A stretch of DNA of 64,000 nt from Nitrospirota bacterium (GCA_963754875.1 CAVWHO010000020.1:175374-239373); one strand, 5' to 3'; positions 37,948-49,861 are shown, counted from the stretch's first letter. Numbers and translations: made by a program. Notes: generated from the letters alone by a model not told the origin.

Positions 37948-38479
37948 GCGGTCTTCTTGTATGACTCTCCAAAATATGATGCGTTCAAATAACGTCATGA
38001 TACAAACGAACCCAGTTCTGGATAAATTCCATGCTTCCATTTCAGTATCTCCTGGCGTGAACGAATCAGGGGAAAACTGTGACAGAATGCCAAGTGGGGA
38101 TGGGCCTCGACAATAAGCGCAATCCCCGATACCTGCGTCAGGGAAGAGGTCTTGAAAAACATCTCCAAAAGATAGCAGCCCGGGATTCGGATCGCGCGGT
38201 TGGGTTCTTTTACCTGGAACTCTGTACTCTGAACGCTGTACTCTGTACTGCAGTAAGCTCCTACCCCGAAAATACCCCATTTTTCCCCTTTATCTCCTTT
38301 CGAAAATTCATTATACTTTACACAATCTTTCCAGCAGCACGTTCTAGCCTTTTTTACCCTGCATGCAGTATCAATGCAGAGATGATAGCAGCTCATTTCT
38401 GCTCGTAACTGAAAAACCAAGTCTCGCCGTTATTGCGTTAACAACACAACCGACAGCAGCCAAACAGGAGAGATATATC

Positions 38480-41400
38480 ATGAATGTCAAAACAGTCTTG
38501 GGAGTGATTCTGGGATTTTGCATCACCCTGGGGCAGGCAGGCGCGGAAGAAGCGTCAATCGATATGTTCAGCCCTCAGGGAGAAGTGAAGAACGTACGCC
38601 AAGTGACAGCCCGATTCACTGAACAGATGGTACCCTTCGGAGAGCCACGGCTTACGGAGCCTTTTGACATCACCTGCCCGGGAAAGGGGCAAGGCAGGTG
38701 GGTTGACGGCAGAAACTGGGCGTACGACTTCGATCGCGATCTTCCCGCAGGGGTCGTCTGTGAATTCACCATCAAACCTGATCTCAAAACACTTGCCGGC
38801 AAAAAGATCGGCGGGCAGCAGAGGTTTACTTTTACCACGGGAGGGCCGGCAGTGAAGCGATCCAACCCGGCCGAAGGATGGCAAATTGACGAGGAACAGG
38901 CGTTCGTGCTGGCACTCGATGCAGAAGCGAAAGAAGAATCAATGCTCCAGAACGCTTACTGCTCCGTGGACGGGATCGCGGAGAGGATCGGGATCAAAAT
39001 CCTGAAGGGCGACGACCGTGAAGAAATACTCAAGAACGAGGGGCGGCATTTCAGCTTCGGAATTTCCCGCGAAGAAGCAAAGGGCTTTCCGCTTGTGGTC
39101 GTTCAATGCAAGCAGCGTTTCCCCAGCAACGCAACGATGCGACTTGTCTGGGGCAAGGGCATCGAATCCCTGAACGGCGTGAAAACGTCGGCTGATCAGG
39201 TGCTGTCCTACAAGGTCCGCGAGCCGTTCAGGGCAACCTTCAGCTGTGACCGCGAGAATGAAAAGGCCGACTGCATTCCTATTCTGCCTTTTCAAATATA
39301 TTTTACGAGCGCGGTCTCCGGTGAATACGCAGAAAAGATCGTCATGCGGGGCCCGAACAATACCATCTTCAAACCTGTGCAGTCCAGGTCTGGAGAGGAG
39401 GGCGAGGGCACTGCAAAAAAGCCGGATTTCGTGAACCGCCTTGTGTTTGCTGCGCCGCTGCCGCCTCTTGCCTCGTTCACCATCGAGTTCCCGAAGGATC
39501 TTAAGGATGATGCGGGTAGGTCTCTGTCGAACGCGGACAAGTTCCCGCTTACGGTGAAGACAGCGGACTATCCGCCGCTTGCCAAATTTGCTGCGGACTT
39601 CGGCATTGTCGAACGGGCAGATCCGTTCCTTCCGGTGACCCTGCGTAACATCGAGGCCGAAGTTAAGGCGCATGTGTTCGATGCACGAGATGCCAAGAAC
39701 ATCGCTGAGAAAGCTGCAGATGGCGTCTCCGGCACTATCAAGAATTTGATTTCCGGCCAAGTCACGGGCAAGGTCAGGACCTTCGCTGCTGATACAGACA
39801 TCATGATCTGGCTGGACCGTGTGGAAGGCAAGTGGGAACGACCTGGACAAACCCTGTTTCCTGGTACCGAGGCGGAAACCAAGGCAACGGAGCTGACTCT
39901 GCCCAAACCCAATGGGCCCAAGGCATTCGAAGTGATCGGCATCCCGCTCAAACAACCGGGGTTCTACGTTGTCGAATTGGAGAGCCGTATCCTCGGTGAA
40001 TCGCTGTTAGCAGAACCAAGACCCTACTATGCTTCCGCGGCCGCGCTGGTGACGAACCTTTCAGCGCATTTTAAACGCGGCCGTGAATCGTCCCTGGTCT
40101 GGGTCACGACGCTCGATAAAGCGGAGCCGGTGAAGGACGCCCAGGTCACTATCCGTGACTGCGGGGGCACGGTCCATTGGGAAGGAAAGACCGATGCATC
40201 CGGCGTCGCGTACGTGAATAAGGAACTGCCGCAGGAGAAAAGCTGCAGGAACTCCCGGACGTGGGGGTACTACATTTTTGCTCGAACGTCCGATGACATG
40301 ACCTTTGTGCGTTCTGATTGGAACAAGGGCATCGAATCCTGGCGTTTCAATCTGCCGGAGGCGTCTTACGAGGGGCCGGTGATCGCCCACACAATCCTCG
40401 ACCGCAGCCTCTTGCGCGCGGGCGAAACAATCTCCATGAAGCATCTCATCCGAAAACACACGACCTCGGGCTTCTCACAGGTGAAGGATTTGCCCAATGC
40501 CGTCGTGATCCAGCACCAGGGCAGCGATCAACGATACGAGTTTCCCCTGGCATGGGACCAGAGCGGCATCGCCGAGACGACCTGGCAGATCCCGAAAGAC
40601 GCAAAGCTCGGGACTTACACCATTACTCTGCTTAAGAAGGCGAGTGCTAAGACGAAGCAGAGGACATCAGTGGGAGGTTATGAAGAGGGCGACGAGGAGT
40701 ATTTCAGCGCCGATGGCTGGCAATCCGGCACCTTCCGGGTGGAGGAATTCCGGGTGCCGCTCATGAAAGGGATCATCCAGCCGCCCAAAGAGCCGCTCGT
40801 GAATGCGCGTGAGGCAACGGTTGATCTCTTCGTAAAGTATTTGGCCGGAGGAGGTGCCTCCAATGCTTCGGTCAAGTTCAGGACACTGACTTCACCGAAA
40901 CAGGTGAGCTTCGACCAGTATGAGGATTTTCTGTTTGCCAACGGAAAGGTCAAGGAAGGGCTCACCAGCCGCGAGCAAGAACGGAATTATGAGGAAGAAT
41001 ATGAGGGGGGTGAAGGCGAAGCTGAGGAGGTGTCGCCCCGCACAAGAAGGATTGCGGTCCTTAAGGAGGCAAGGACCAGAGAACTTATGTTGGATATGAC
41101 CGGCGCTGTAAGAACGACGATCATTGATCTGCCGAAGGCTGCGGTTCCGCAGGACATCCAGGCTGAGATGGAGTTCAGGGACCCGAACGGAGAGGTGCAG
41201 ACCGTGTCTTCACGCATTCCTCTCTGGCCCTCGGCCATTCTCGTGGGCATCAAACCCGACTCCTGGGTCGCATCGAAAGAGTCCTTCAAATTCCATGTTC
41301 TTGTCGTTGACCTGGCAGGCAAGCCGCTGTCGAACCGCCCGGTAACAGCCGACCTCTTCGAACGAAAGACCTATTCTCATCGCAAGAGGCTGATCGGAGG

Positions 41401-44279
41401 CTTCTATGCCTATGAGCATACAACCGAAACAAAAAAGGTAACGCAGGTCTGTGAAGGGAAGACTGATTCCAAAGGTCTTCTTATCTGCGAGTCGAAGTCT
41501 CCCGTGTCCGGGAACGTGATCATCCAGGCGCGGGCAACAGATGATGCCGGCAACGAATCAATCAGCCACCGGGACATCTGGATAGCGGACAAGGGCGAGT
41601 GGTGGTTCGATGTGTCCGACAACGACCGCATCGACCTGCTGCCGGAGCAGAGACACTATGAACCGGGCGAGACAGCGCGATTCCAGGTCCGGATGCCATT
41701 CCGCGAGGCAACGGCCTTGGTGACCGTGGAACGAGAGGGAGTCATGGAGACCTTTGTCAGACACCTTTCGGGAAAGATGCCCGTAGTAGAAGTTCCTGTC
41801 AAAGGAAACTATGCACCGAATGTATTCGTTTCCGTACTAGTCGTGCGCGGACGGGTCGGAGACATAAAACCTACGGCATTGGTGGATCTGGGAAGACCTG
41901 CATACAAACTCGGCATCGCCGAGATCAACGTGGGCTGGCGCGCGCATGAGCTCAGGGTTTTCTTAACCCCGGAAAAGCAGGTCTACCGCATTCGCGACAA
42001 AGCAAAGGTCTTCATAAAAGTCCGTCAGAGGGACAGAAATAATCCCTGGCCCCCGAAAAGCACGGAACTGGCAATTGCTGTCGTGGATGAGGGACTTCTG
42101 GAACTCATGCCGAACAAAAGCTGGAAGCTTCTCGATGCCATGATGGGACGCCGGGGCTATGAGGTGCATACGTCCACTGCCCAGATGCAGGTCGTGGGCA
42201 AGCGGCATTACGGGCTCAAGGCATTCCCGCCGGGCGGCGGAGGCGGCAGGACGGTAACGCGCGAAATGTTCGACACGCTGCTTTTATGGAAAGGCAGGGT
42301 CAAGCTGAACGAGAACGGAGAGGCAACTGTCGATATTCCTCTGAACGACGCACTCACCAGTTTCAGGATCGCTGCGGTCGCGAACGCCGAATCAGGACTC
42401 TTCGGCAGCGGCGAAACCTCGATCCGCACGACCCAGGACCTGATGCTCCTTTCCGGTCTGCCGCCGGTCCTCCGTGAAGGGGATAAATATAAAGCAGGGT
42501 TTACGGTCCGGAATGCCTCGGACCACAAGATGGATGTCGACATCACAGCATCGGTAAGCGGCGCATCGATCAAGCCTGAATTGAAAACAGAAAGCCTCGG
42601 CCCCGGCGAGGCTCGGGAGATTTTCTGGGACGCAACAGCGCCGCTCAATATCGACTCGGTCCTCTGGGAAGTTTCTGCGACAGAGAAGAATGGCGGAGCA
42701 GCAGACAGGCTCAAGATCAAGCAGAAGATCGTCGAAGCAGTACAGGCTCGCGTGTTCCAGGCAACTATCACTCAGGTGGACAAGGTCCATACGCTCACAA
42801 TCGAAAAGCCGAAAGACGCGATGCCGGGCAAGGGTGGCGTGAACGTCTCGTTTAGGAAGAAGTTGTCGAACGGCCTTGGCGGTGTAACGTGGTACATGAA
42901 GAACTATCCTTACACGTGCATGGAGCAGAAGACTTCCCGTGCGATTGCTCTCCGGGATGAAGCGCTCTGGAAAGCGGTGATAGCGGAACTACCAGCGCAT
43001 CTCGACAGTGACGGCCTGGTCAAGTACTTCCCGACCTGTCTTGTGGGGAGCGATACCCTTACCGCATATATGCTATCGATTTCAAACGAGGCAGGCTGGG
43101 CAATACCCGACGATCTCCAGAATAAAATGATTGAAGGCCTGCGCGGGTTCATCGAGGGAAAGGTCATCCGCTGGTCTGCGCTTCCCACTGCCGATGTCTC
43201 GATCAGGAAGATGGCGGCGCTTGAGGCCCTTTCCCGCTATAACAAAGCAGAGTCGGGTCTCCTGAGCTCGATCATGCTCGAACCGAACCTGTGGCCGACG
43301 TCAGCGGTGATCGACTGGCTGAATGTGCTCGTGCGCGTGCCGGACATGCCGGACCGCGAAAAGCGCATCAACGAGACTGAGCAGATCATCCGCTCGCGCC
43401 TCAACTTCCAGGGGACCACGATGGGCTTCTCAACGGAGAAGACCGACTACTTCTGGTGGCTCATGGTATCGACAGACGTGAATGCAGTCCGCACCGTGCT
43501 CACCTTCCTCGACAGGGACCAGTGGAAGGACGACATTCCGCGGCTTGTGCGCGGCGCCATCAACAGGCAGTACCACGGCGCGTGGGGCACGACCACTGCA
43601 AATGCCTGGGGCGTTCTGGCCATGGAAAAATTCTCGAGGAAATTCGAGAATGTTCCGGTTACGGGCAAAACATCTGCCAAAATTGGGGACAAAGCAAAAA
43701 GCGTTGACTGGCAGGCTGCCGCAGAAGGAGCGGCATTGATGTTCAACTGGCCGGCCAAAGAGACCGATCTCACGGTAAACCACCAGGGCACGGGCAAGCC
43801 CTGGGCCACGATCCAGAGTATCGCAGCGATCCCGCTTGAAGGAGCCGTTCTCGAGCGGGTATACGATCAAGAAGACAGTGACGCCCGTAGAGCAGAAACA
43901 GCAGGGTGTCTGGTCGCGCGGCGACGTAGCGCGCGTCAAGCTTGAGCTCGATTCCCAGGCGGACATGACCTGGGTAGTGGTGAACGACCCGATTCCTGCG
44001 GGATCGACGATCCTCGGAAGCGGTCTGGGCGGAGATTCAAAAATGCTCACGAGCAATGAACAGAAAGCCGGTTGGGCCTGGCCGGTCTTTACGGAACGCA
44101 CTTTCACGGCATACCGCGCCTATTATGAATATGTCGCAAAAGGCAAGTGGTCACTGGAATACACCGTGCGTTTGAACACGAGCGGCGCCTTCCAACTTCC
44201 CGAGACCCGCGTGGAGGCGCTCTATGCCCCGGAAATGTTCGGGGAGATGCCGAATGCAGGAATGACGATCAATCCTTAA
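38480..44279 (+). CDS. bacterial alpha-2-macroglobulin family protein (~1930 aa) with an apparent +1 frame change near 43836..43845
   Basis: Signal peptide after an AGGAGA RBS. Thioester motif YTCMEQ (CxEQ). The protein continues as ...LSISNEAGW... typical of the A2M domains. The C-terminal domain continues in another frame (ORF 43836..44279, ...YTIKKTVTPVEQ...). Confidence 0.8.
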
Positions 44280-44404
44280 TGATACGATGGATGTGTCTTC
44301 GCTGGTTCAGGCGTGCAGCCCGAACCGGTTGTTAATGTGTGGTTCAATCTTCAAGATTGAACCAGCGAAGAGTCCATAGCAACGCATTGTATGGGTAAAA
44401 GAAC

Positions 44405-46492
44405 ATGAGATACACCTGGACCATAATAGTTTTGTTCCTGCTGGCCGGCCAATCCTTCGGGATGTCCTCGTTTGACGAAGTGAATGCCGCCTATCATTCG
44501 TCCGACGCGGTCCTTCTTGACCGTCACGGCGAGGTGATCCATGAACTGCGCGTTGATCCGAATTCCCGAAAGCTTCAGTGGACGAGGCTTGCTGATATTT
44601 CTCCGGCGCTCGTGAAGGCGGTTATCAGGTCCGAGGACAAGCGGTTCTACCTGCATCACGGCGTTGACTGGACAGCCTTGTCGTCTGCTGCAGTAGGGAG
44701 CATATTCTCGGGCAGGCCGCGTGGCGCGAGCACGATCACGATGCAGCTTGCTTCACTCATTGACGCGAAGGTGAAATCGAGGAGAGGCCGGCGCACCATC
44801 GGTGAGAAGTGGGAACAGATAAAGGCTGCTCAATCGATCGAAACTACCTGGACAAAAGACCAGGTGCTCGAAGCCTATCTGAACCTCGTGAGCTTTCGGG
44901 GAGAACTGCAGGGGATCGCGGCTGCGTCGCGCGGTATTTTCGACAAGGCACCGGCTGGATTGGATGATACTGAGTCGGCGATTCTTGCTGCGTTGATCCG
45001 GTCACCCAATGCTTCTCCTGAAAAAGTCGGAGAACGGGCCGAGCAGCTTGCCGCGTCCCTGGGGAACTCTCTCCCGGCAGGAAAGATCAGACAACTTGCA
45101 ATTGACCGGTTGTCCAAAGCATATTCTGTGCGAAAGAGCATTGACCTTGCGCCGCATGTCGCGAAGATGCTCTTGCGAAAAAGTGTCAGGACTGCAAAAA
45201 CGACGCTTGATGCCTCTATCCAGCGTTTCGCGGGGGAAGCTCTCAGCCAGGCAATCAGAGCCCTTGCTGAACAGAATGTGCAGGACGGCGCCGCCCTGGT
45301 CGTGGACAACAAAACCGGCGACGTTCTCGCCTATGTCGGCAATGTAGGCAGTGGTTCTTCGGCCGCCTATGTTGACGGCATTCAAGCGAGGAGGCAGGCA
45401 GGTTCTACGCTTAAACCGTTTCTCTACGGTCTCGCCATCGAGAAGAAGATTGTTACAGCAGCCTCGCTCATCGAGGATTCTCCGCTGGACTTGCAGACCG
45501 GGCGCGGCGTTTACCGGCCTGAGAACTACGACAAAAACTTTCGCGGCTTTGTTCCTGTCAGGACCGCTCTTGCCTCGTCCCTCAATATCCCGGCAGTAAA
45601 AACGCTGAATCTCGTGGGGGTGAGTGAATTCGCTTCAAAGCTTCGCCAGTTCGGATTCAGCGGGCTTAGGGATTCGGAATACTACGGCCCTTCTCTTGCG
45701 CTCGGAAGTGCTGATATCACGCTCCTTGAACTGGTGAACGCATACAGAACGCTTGCAAACGACGGGGTCTGGAGCAGGCTGCGGATGTCGCCCGGCGATA
45801 GCAGACATCTTCGCAGACGCGCTCTTTCCCCGGAGGCGGCCTTTATTATTTCCTCCATCCTCTCCGACCGCGAGGCAAGAAGCGCGACCTTCAGCCTCGA
45901 AAGCCCGCTCTCCACGCGCTTCTGGACTGCGGTAAAGACCGGTACGAGCAAGGACATGCGGGACAATTGGTGTGTGGGCTTTTCCGACCGCTACACCGTG
46001 GGCGTCTGGGTGGGGAACTTTTCAGGCGCAGCCATGTGGAACGTATCAGGGGTGAGCGGGGCAGCGCCGGTATGGCTCGAGATCATGAATTTTCTCCATC
46101 AGGACTCTCCGAGCCGCGCGCCTGCTGTTCCTGCCGGCGTTACATCACGGCTCGTCACGTTCGCTGATAAGGGATCGTCCGTGCGAAAACAAGAGTGGTT
46201 CATCAAAGGTACGGAACAGGACCGGGTCAGGACCGACGTCGCACTAGTGCAACCGAAGATCATCTATCCCGCACCGGATATGGTGATTGCTCTTGATCCG
46301 GACATCCCGCATGATGTGCAGAAAATCTTTTTCGAAGCATCATCAGATTCAACCATGCGATTCGTTCTGGACGACCGCCTCATCGGGTCAGCGCCTCTCG
46401 CATCGTGGCGGCCCGTACGAGGCATGCATAGAATTTCGCTTACAGGCGGGAATGGCGCTGTTATTGACCGGGTTACTTTTGAGGTGCGATGA
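44405..46492 (+). CDS. pbpC: penicillin-binding protein 1C (transglycosylase + transpeptidase)
   Basis: Glycosyltransferase-51 motifs (RSEDKRFYLHHGVD). Transpeptidase STLKP at SxxK. Confidence 0.85.
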   Translation: MRYTWTIIVLFLLAGQSFGMSSFDEVNAAYHSSDAVLLDRHGEVIHELRVDPNSRKLQWTRLADISPALVKAVIRSEDKRFYLHHGVDWTALSSAAVGSIFSGRPRGASTITMQLASLIDAKVKSRRGRRTIGEKWEQIKAAQSIETTWTKDQVLEAYLNLVSFRGELQGIAAASRGIFDKAPAGLDDTESAILAALIRSPNASPEKVGERAEQLAASLGNSLPAGKIRQLAIDRLSKAYSVRKSIDLAPHVAKMLLRKSVRTAKTTLDASIQRFAGEALSQAIRALAEQNVQDGAALVVDNKTGDVLAYVGNVGSGSSAAYVDGIQARRQAGSTLKPFLYGLAIEKKIVTAASLIEDSPLDLQTGRGVYRPENYDKNFRGFVPVRTALASSLNIPAVKTLNLVGVSEFASKLRQFGFSGLRDSEYYGPSLALGSADITLLELVNAYRTLANDGVWSRLRMSPGDSRHLRRRALSPEAAFIISSILSDREARSATFSLESPLSTRFWTAVKTGTSKDMRDNWCVGFSDRYTVGVWVGNFSGAAMWNVSGVSGAAPVWLEIMNFLHQDSPSRAPAVPAGVTSRLVTFADKGSSVRKQEWFIKGTEQDRVRTDVALVQPKIIYPAPDMVIALDPDIPHDVQKIFFEASSDSTMRFVLDDRLIGSAPLASWRPVRGMHRISLTGGNGAVIDRVTFEVR

Positions 46493-46564
46493 TCAGTTGC
46501 CTCCTGGTTGATTCCGCAGTATTGGGTTGTTTTTTTCCTTCTTTGCTCTCTTCCCCCGACAGTG

Positions 46565-46570
46565 TATAAT
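46565..46570 (+). promoter_or_regulatory. candidate -10 element (gTGTATAAT) for recO, implying a near-leaderless transcript
   Basis: TATAAT hexamer 10 nt upstream of the recO ATG. Confidence 0.25.
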
Positions 46571-46580
46571 GTCGTCACCC

Positions 46581-47333
46581 ATGAAATCCAAAACCGAAGC
46601 CATCATTATCAGCAGCATGAACCTGGGCGAAGCGGACAAGCTCGTTACGTTCTTCTCCCTTGACCGGGGCATGCTCAAAGGCGTAGCCAAGAACGCGCGA
46701 AAATCGTTCAAACGCTTCGGTGCAGGGCTCGAGAGTTTTACCCTCGTCCGGCTCCATCTCTACGAACGCGAGCACCAGGAACTTGCACGGATCGAATCTG
46801 CCGATATCATCGAGCAGCACTCCGGGATCAGCGCAGACCTCGGCCGCACTGCCGCCGGGGCAGTGATGCTGGAAATGGTGCGGGAAATGTCCCCGCTCGG
46901 CGAGCGGAATGCCGCGGCATTCCTGCTCCTCTCCCACGTGTTCCATCTTCTCGACGAAAGCGTAGACCCGCTTTTTCTGCTCAGCATCTTCAAAATAAAG
47001 TTCCTGTCGCTTTTGGGATATCAGCCCAAGCTCGACCACTGTCTGTCCTGCGGGAACCAGCCGAAAGGGGAGATCATTTTCCTCAGCATGAAGGGAGGCA
47101 TTCTCTGCCCGGACTGCATGGTGTCTTCCGGCGAACCGCAGGTGAAACTGTCTCCCGGAGCGGTCGGCTTTTATTACCAGGCGCTCAGGATGGAGATGGA
47201 CAAAATATCCCGGCTCAAGCCTTCATTGGGCATCGTGCAGGAGCTTGATAAGACGTTCACTGCCCACACCTTCCACATTCTCGGCAAACGGCTCAAAGCA
47301 ACGGAGTTTCTGAAAACAATAACGGCATTGTAA
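46581..47333 (+). CDS. recO: DNA repair protein RecO
   Basis: N-terminal OB-fold region and a C-terminal Zn motif CLSCGN...CPDC. Confidence 0.8.
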   Translation: MKSKTEAIIISSMNLGEADKLVTFFSLDRGMLKGVAKNARKSFKRFGAGLESFTLVRLHLYEREHQELARIESADIIEQHSGISADLGRTAAGAVMLEMVREMSPLGERNAAAFLLLSHVFHLLDESVDPLFLLSIFKIKFLSLLGYQPKLDHCLSCGNQPKGEIIFLSMKGGILCPDCMVSSGEPQVKLSPGAVGFYYQALRMEMDKISRLKPSLGIVQELDKTFTAHTFHILGKRLKATEFLKTITAL

Positions 47334-47364
47334 GGTTAGTTTCGCCACGGAGTCGCTGCGAATG

Positions 47365-48939
47365 TCAGGATGCTTTTTCCCGAATTTTTGCGGCCTTTTT
47401 GGAGAGGGCAGTGGCTTTTCTCGGGATTTTTGCCAGCAGGATCAGGCTTAAAATCACGCAGGCATAGGAGAAGAGGTCGCCGTACCGGGTATAGAAGGAG
47501 TGTTCGGTCCCCGGTACGAGCTTGTGCGTAAGGTATGCTTCGGTGAAGATCCCTGAGGTTTCGAGGATCCTTCCCCGTGAATCGATAAACCCCGAAATGC
47601 CGGTATTCGCAGCTCGGGCGACCGGCACGCGGTTCTCCACGGCACGGAAAACCGCCATAGAAAAGTGCTGGTAGGGGGCCGCGGTCCTGCCGAACCAGGC
47701 ATCGTTCGTGATCGTTGTCACGATCTCGGCCCCTCGATCGACAAATCTTCTGACGAGATCGGGGAAAATGATCTCATAACAAATGACCGTACAGAGCTTT
47801 GTTTCTTTCCGCTGCCCCGGCTCTCCATAAGGCAGCGTCATCACCGTGTACTCGTTTCCGCCCTGGAAGTCGCCGATTGCCTGCACCATCTTTTCGATAA
47901 AGAACAGGACTTTTTTGAGCGGCACGTATTCACCGAAGGGGACCAGGTGCATCTTATGGTACACGGCGTCGATGTTGCCGTCTCCCGAGATTAGAAACGC
48001 TGAGTTCCTTCCGATGATCCGCCTGTTGGGTTGTATTTCGTACGTCGGGCTGCCCGTGAGCAGCGGCACATGGTTCTGCCTCACGAATTCAATGAGGTCG
48101 GCAGTCATAACGCGGTCGGTCGTACCGACTCCCGTGAAGTAGAACGGTGTAGCGGTCTCAGGCCAGATGACCAGATCAGGACGCTGCCTGAGTGCTTCCT
48201 GCGTGAGCCGCTTGTAGGTCGAGATCACTTCTGACTGGTAGGCAGGGTCCCATTTTTTGTCCTGCTCGATGTTTCCCTGAATGACGGAGATCGAAACCCC
48301 ATCGGACGCCTGAGGAGCGCGAAGCTTCGCGAACCCGTAGCCCAGAACGAGGATCACCACGAGGGAAGCCGTGATGATAGGAACATGGTTTTTCCTGTCC
48401 ATGATGGCTGACGCCAGGGCGGCATTCACCAGTACGATAAAAAACGAGACCCCGTACACGCCGGTGATGTCAGAGATCTGTATGACCGGAAGCACGGAGT
48501 ATTGCGAGTAACCGAGCAATGACCAGGGGAAGCCGCTGAATACATAAGTCCGCGCAAGTTCAAGGGCGGTCCAGATCAAAGGTGCTGCGACGAAAAACAG
48601 TTTCGGATGATTGTACCTGATGTTGACCATGCAGGCGCCGAACAAGGCCGGGTAGAGCGCGAGATAAGCGCAGAGGGACAAGGTGATGAGGGATGCGGGA
48701 ATGAGCGGAAAACCGCCATAAAAATGAATTGAATTCGTGACCCAGTGGACGGTGCCGCTAAAGAACACTATTCCCGTAATTCCGCCGAGCCAGAAGCCGG
48801 TCTTGACGTTCAGTTCCCTGAGCGCAAAGAAAAGCGGAATAAAGGCAATCCAGGCAAGGAAATGGAGATTGAAGAGAGGGAAGGCTGCGGCGAGGAGAAG
48901 ACCGGACAGCGCGGCGAGGGCCGTGGAACGGAGGTTCAT
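47365..48939 (-). CDS. lnt: apolipoprotein N-acyltransferase
   Basis: Multi-TM N-terminus plus CN-hydrolase domain (catalytic E-K-C context). Confidence 0.85.
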   Translation of the reverse strand: MNLRSTALAALSGLLLAAAFPLFNLHFLAWIAFIPLFFALRELNVKTGFWLGGITGIVFFSGTVHWVTNSIHFYGGFPLIPASLITLSLCAYLALYPALFGACMVNIRYNHPKLFFVAAPLIWTALELARTYVFSGFPWSLLGYSQYSVLPVIQISDITGVYGVSFFIVLVNAALASAIMDRKNHVPIITASLVVILVLGYGFAKLRAPQASDGVSISVIQGNIEQDKKWDPAYQSEVISTYKRLTQEALRQRPDLVIWPETATPFYFTGVGTTDRVMTADLIEFVRQNHVPLLTGSPTYEIQPNRRIIGRNSAFLISGDGNIDAVYHKMHLVPFGEYVPLKKVLFFIEKMVQAIGDFQGGNEYTVMTLPYGEPGQRKETKLCTVICYEIIFPDLVRRFVDRGAEIVTTITNDAWFGRTAAPYQHFSMAVFRAVENRVPVARAANTGISGFIDSRGRILETSGIFTEAYLTHKLVPGTEHSFYTRYGDLFSYACVILSLILLAKIPRKATALSKKAAKIREKAS

Positions 48940-48940
48940 G

Positions 48941-49354
48941 CTACTTTGCCGCTTTCTGTTCCTGCATCCATTTCAAGAGTCCGTCCTTCATGCTGCTGTT
49001 GATGGGCTCGCCCGCAGATGCTGAAAGCGCCGGTTGCTGGTGCATTGGCCGCGGTTTGCGTGCAACACTTTTCCCAGATTTTGGATTTGGAGCTACGGAC
49101 GGTTTCCTCGCCGCGGGCCGCTGCTGCGCCGGCGGCCGTTTCTGCTCCTCCTGCACAGCGGGGCTGAGCGTAGAAATCGCATGGCGATACAGAATTTCCC
49201 GCTTCGGGCCTTCCATGATAATGACGTAGCCGTCGAATGCCTTGATTTTTCCCGAAACACGGATCTTGTTCTGGAGCGTTACGGTTACGGGCGTCTGCTC
49301 GGTCAGATAGGTATTCAGCATCCGGTCGAGGAGATTTGTTTCCATGGAAAACAC
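48941..49354 (-). CDS. hfq: Hfq paralog 2 (single Sm domain with a basic Pro-rich tail)
   Basis: LLDRMLNTYLTEQTPVTVTLQNKIRVSGKIKAFDGYVIIMEGPKREILYRHAISTLSP matches the Hfq Sm1/Sm2 consensus. Confidence 0.8.
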   Translation of the reverse strand: MFSMETNLLDRMLNTYLTEQTPVTVTLQNKIRVSGKIKAFDGYVIIMEGPKREILYRHAISTLSPAVQEEQKRPPAQQRPAARKPSVAPNPKSGKSVARKPRPMHQQPALSASAGEPINSSMKDGLLKWMQEQKAAK

Positions 49355-49363
49355 CTCATGCTA

Positions 49364-49861
49364 CTACCGATTGATCGTTGTGATCGAATGTTTATAGTAC
49401 AAGTGCTGCTTGCCGCTTTCTTTCAGAAGGAGCGTGAAACTGTCATATGCTTCTATATTCCCCTTGATTCGTTGCCCGTTGATCAGATACAGCGTAAGGA
49501 CCTGGTTTTCTCTGATAGCTTTATCGAGAAACTCCTGTTGAATGTTCGGCCGTCCTGACGCCGCCTCGGATGAGGATTGCGTCTGATCAGAAACTGCCGG
49601 GACCGCTTGTGATGCGGGAAACGTGAGGAGCGTCTGCGGAGCGGTGAGGTAGGATATTTCCTGTTTCAAAAGAGTGATGATCTTGCCGCCTGCGTCAAGA
49701 TTTATTTCGTACCTGCCGATCTCGCGGATGATTCCCTCAAATTCGGTTTTGTTCATCTGGCCGATACGAAGCTTGATGCCGCTTGCTAAAGCCTGAGACA
49801 GGAACTGAGGTTCGACGGTTGCCTTTGTTTCTTCCTTCAATACTTCCATTGAGAAAATCAT
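49364..49861 (-). CDS. hfq: Hfq paralog 1 with two Sm-like repeats (degenerate N-terminal repeat plus canonical C-terminal Hfq domain)
   Basis: C-terminal IQQEFLDKAIRENQVLTLYLINGQRIKGNIEAYDSFTLLLKESGKQHLYYKHSITTI is canonical Hfq. The N-terminal FEGIIREIGRYEINLDAGGKIITLLKQEISYLTAP repeats the Sm pattern. Confidence 0.75.
   Translation of the reverse strand: MIFSMEVLKEETKATVEPQFLSQALASGIKLRIGQMNKTEFEGIIREIGRYEINLDAGGKIITLLKQEISYLTAPQTLLTFPASQAVPAVSDQTQSSSEAASGRPNIQQEFLDKAIRENQVLTLYLINGQRIKGNIEAYDSFTLLLKESGKQHLYYKHSITTINR

Noticed and set aside
37225-38280. 351-aa ORF on the minus strand overlapping dedA and the region upstream of the A2M gene
   Set aside because: It is antisense to a well-supported DedA gene, and its composition (R/D/G/H rich, no motifs) is typical of a GC-rich shadow frame.
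38939-39955. 338-aa ORF antisense within the alpha-2-macroglobulin gene
   Set aside because: Shadow frame inside a 5.8-kb gene with clear A2M homology.
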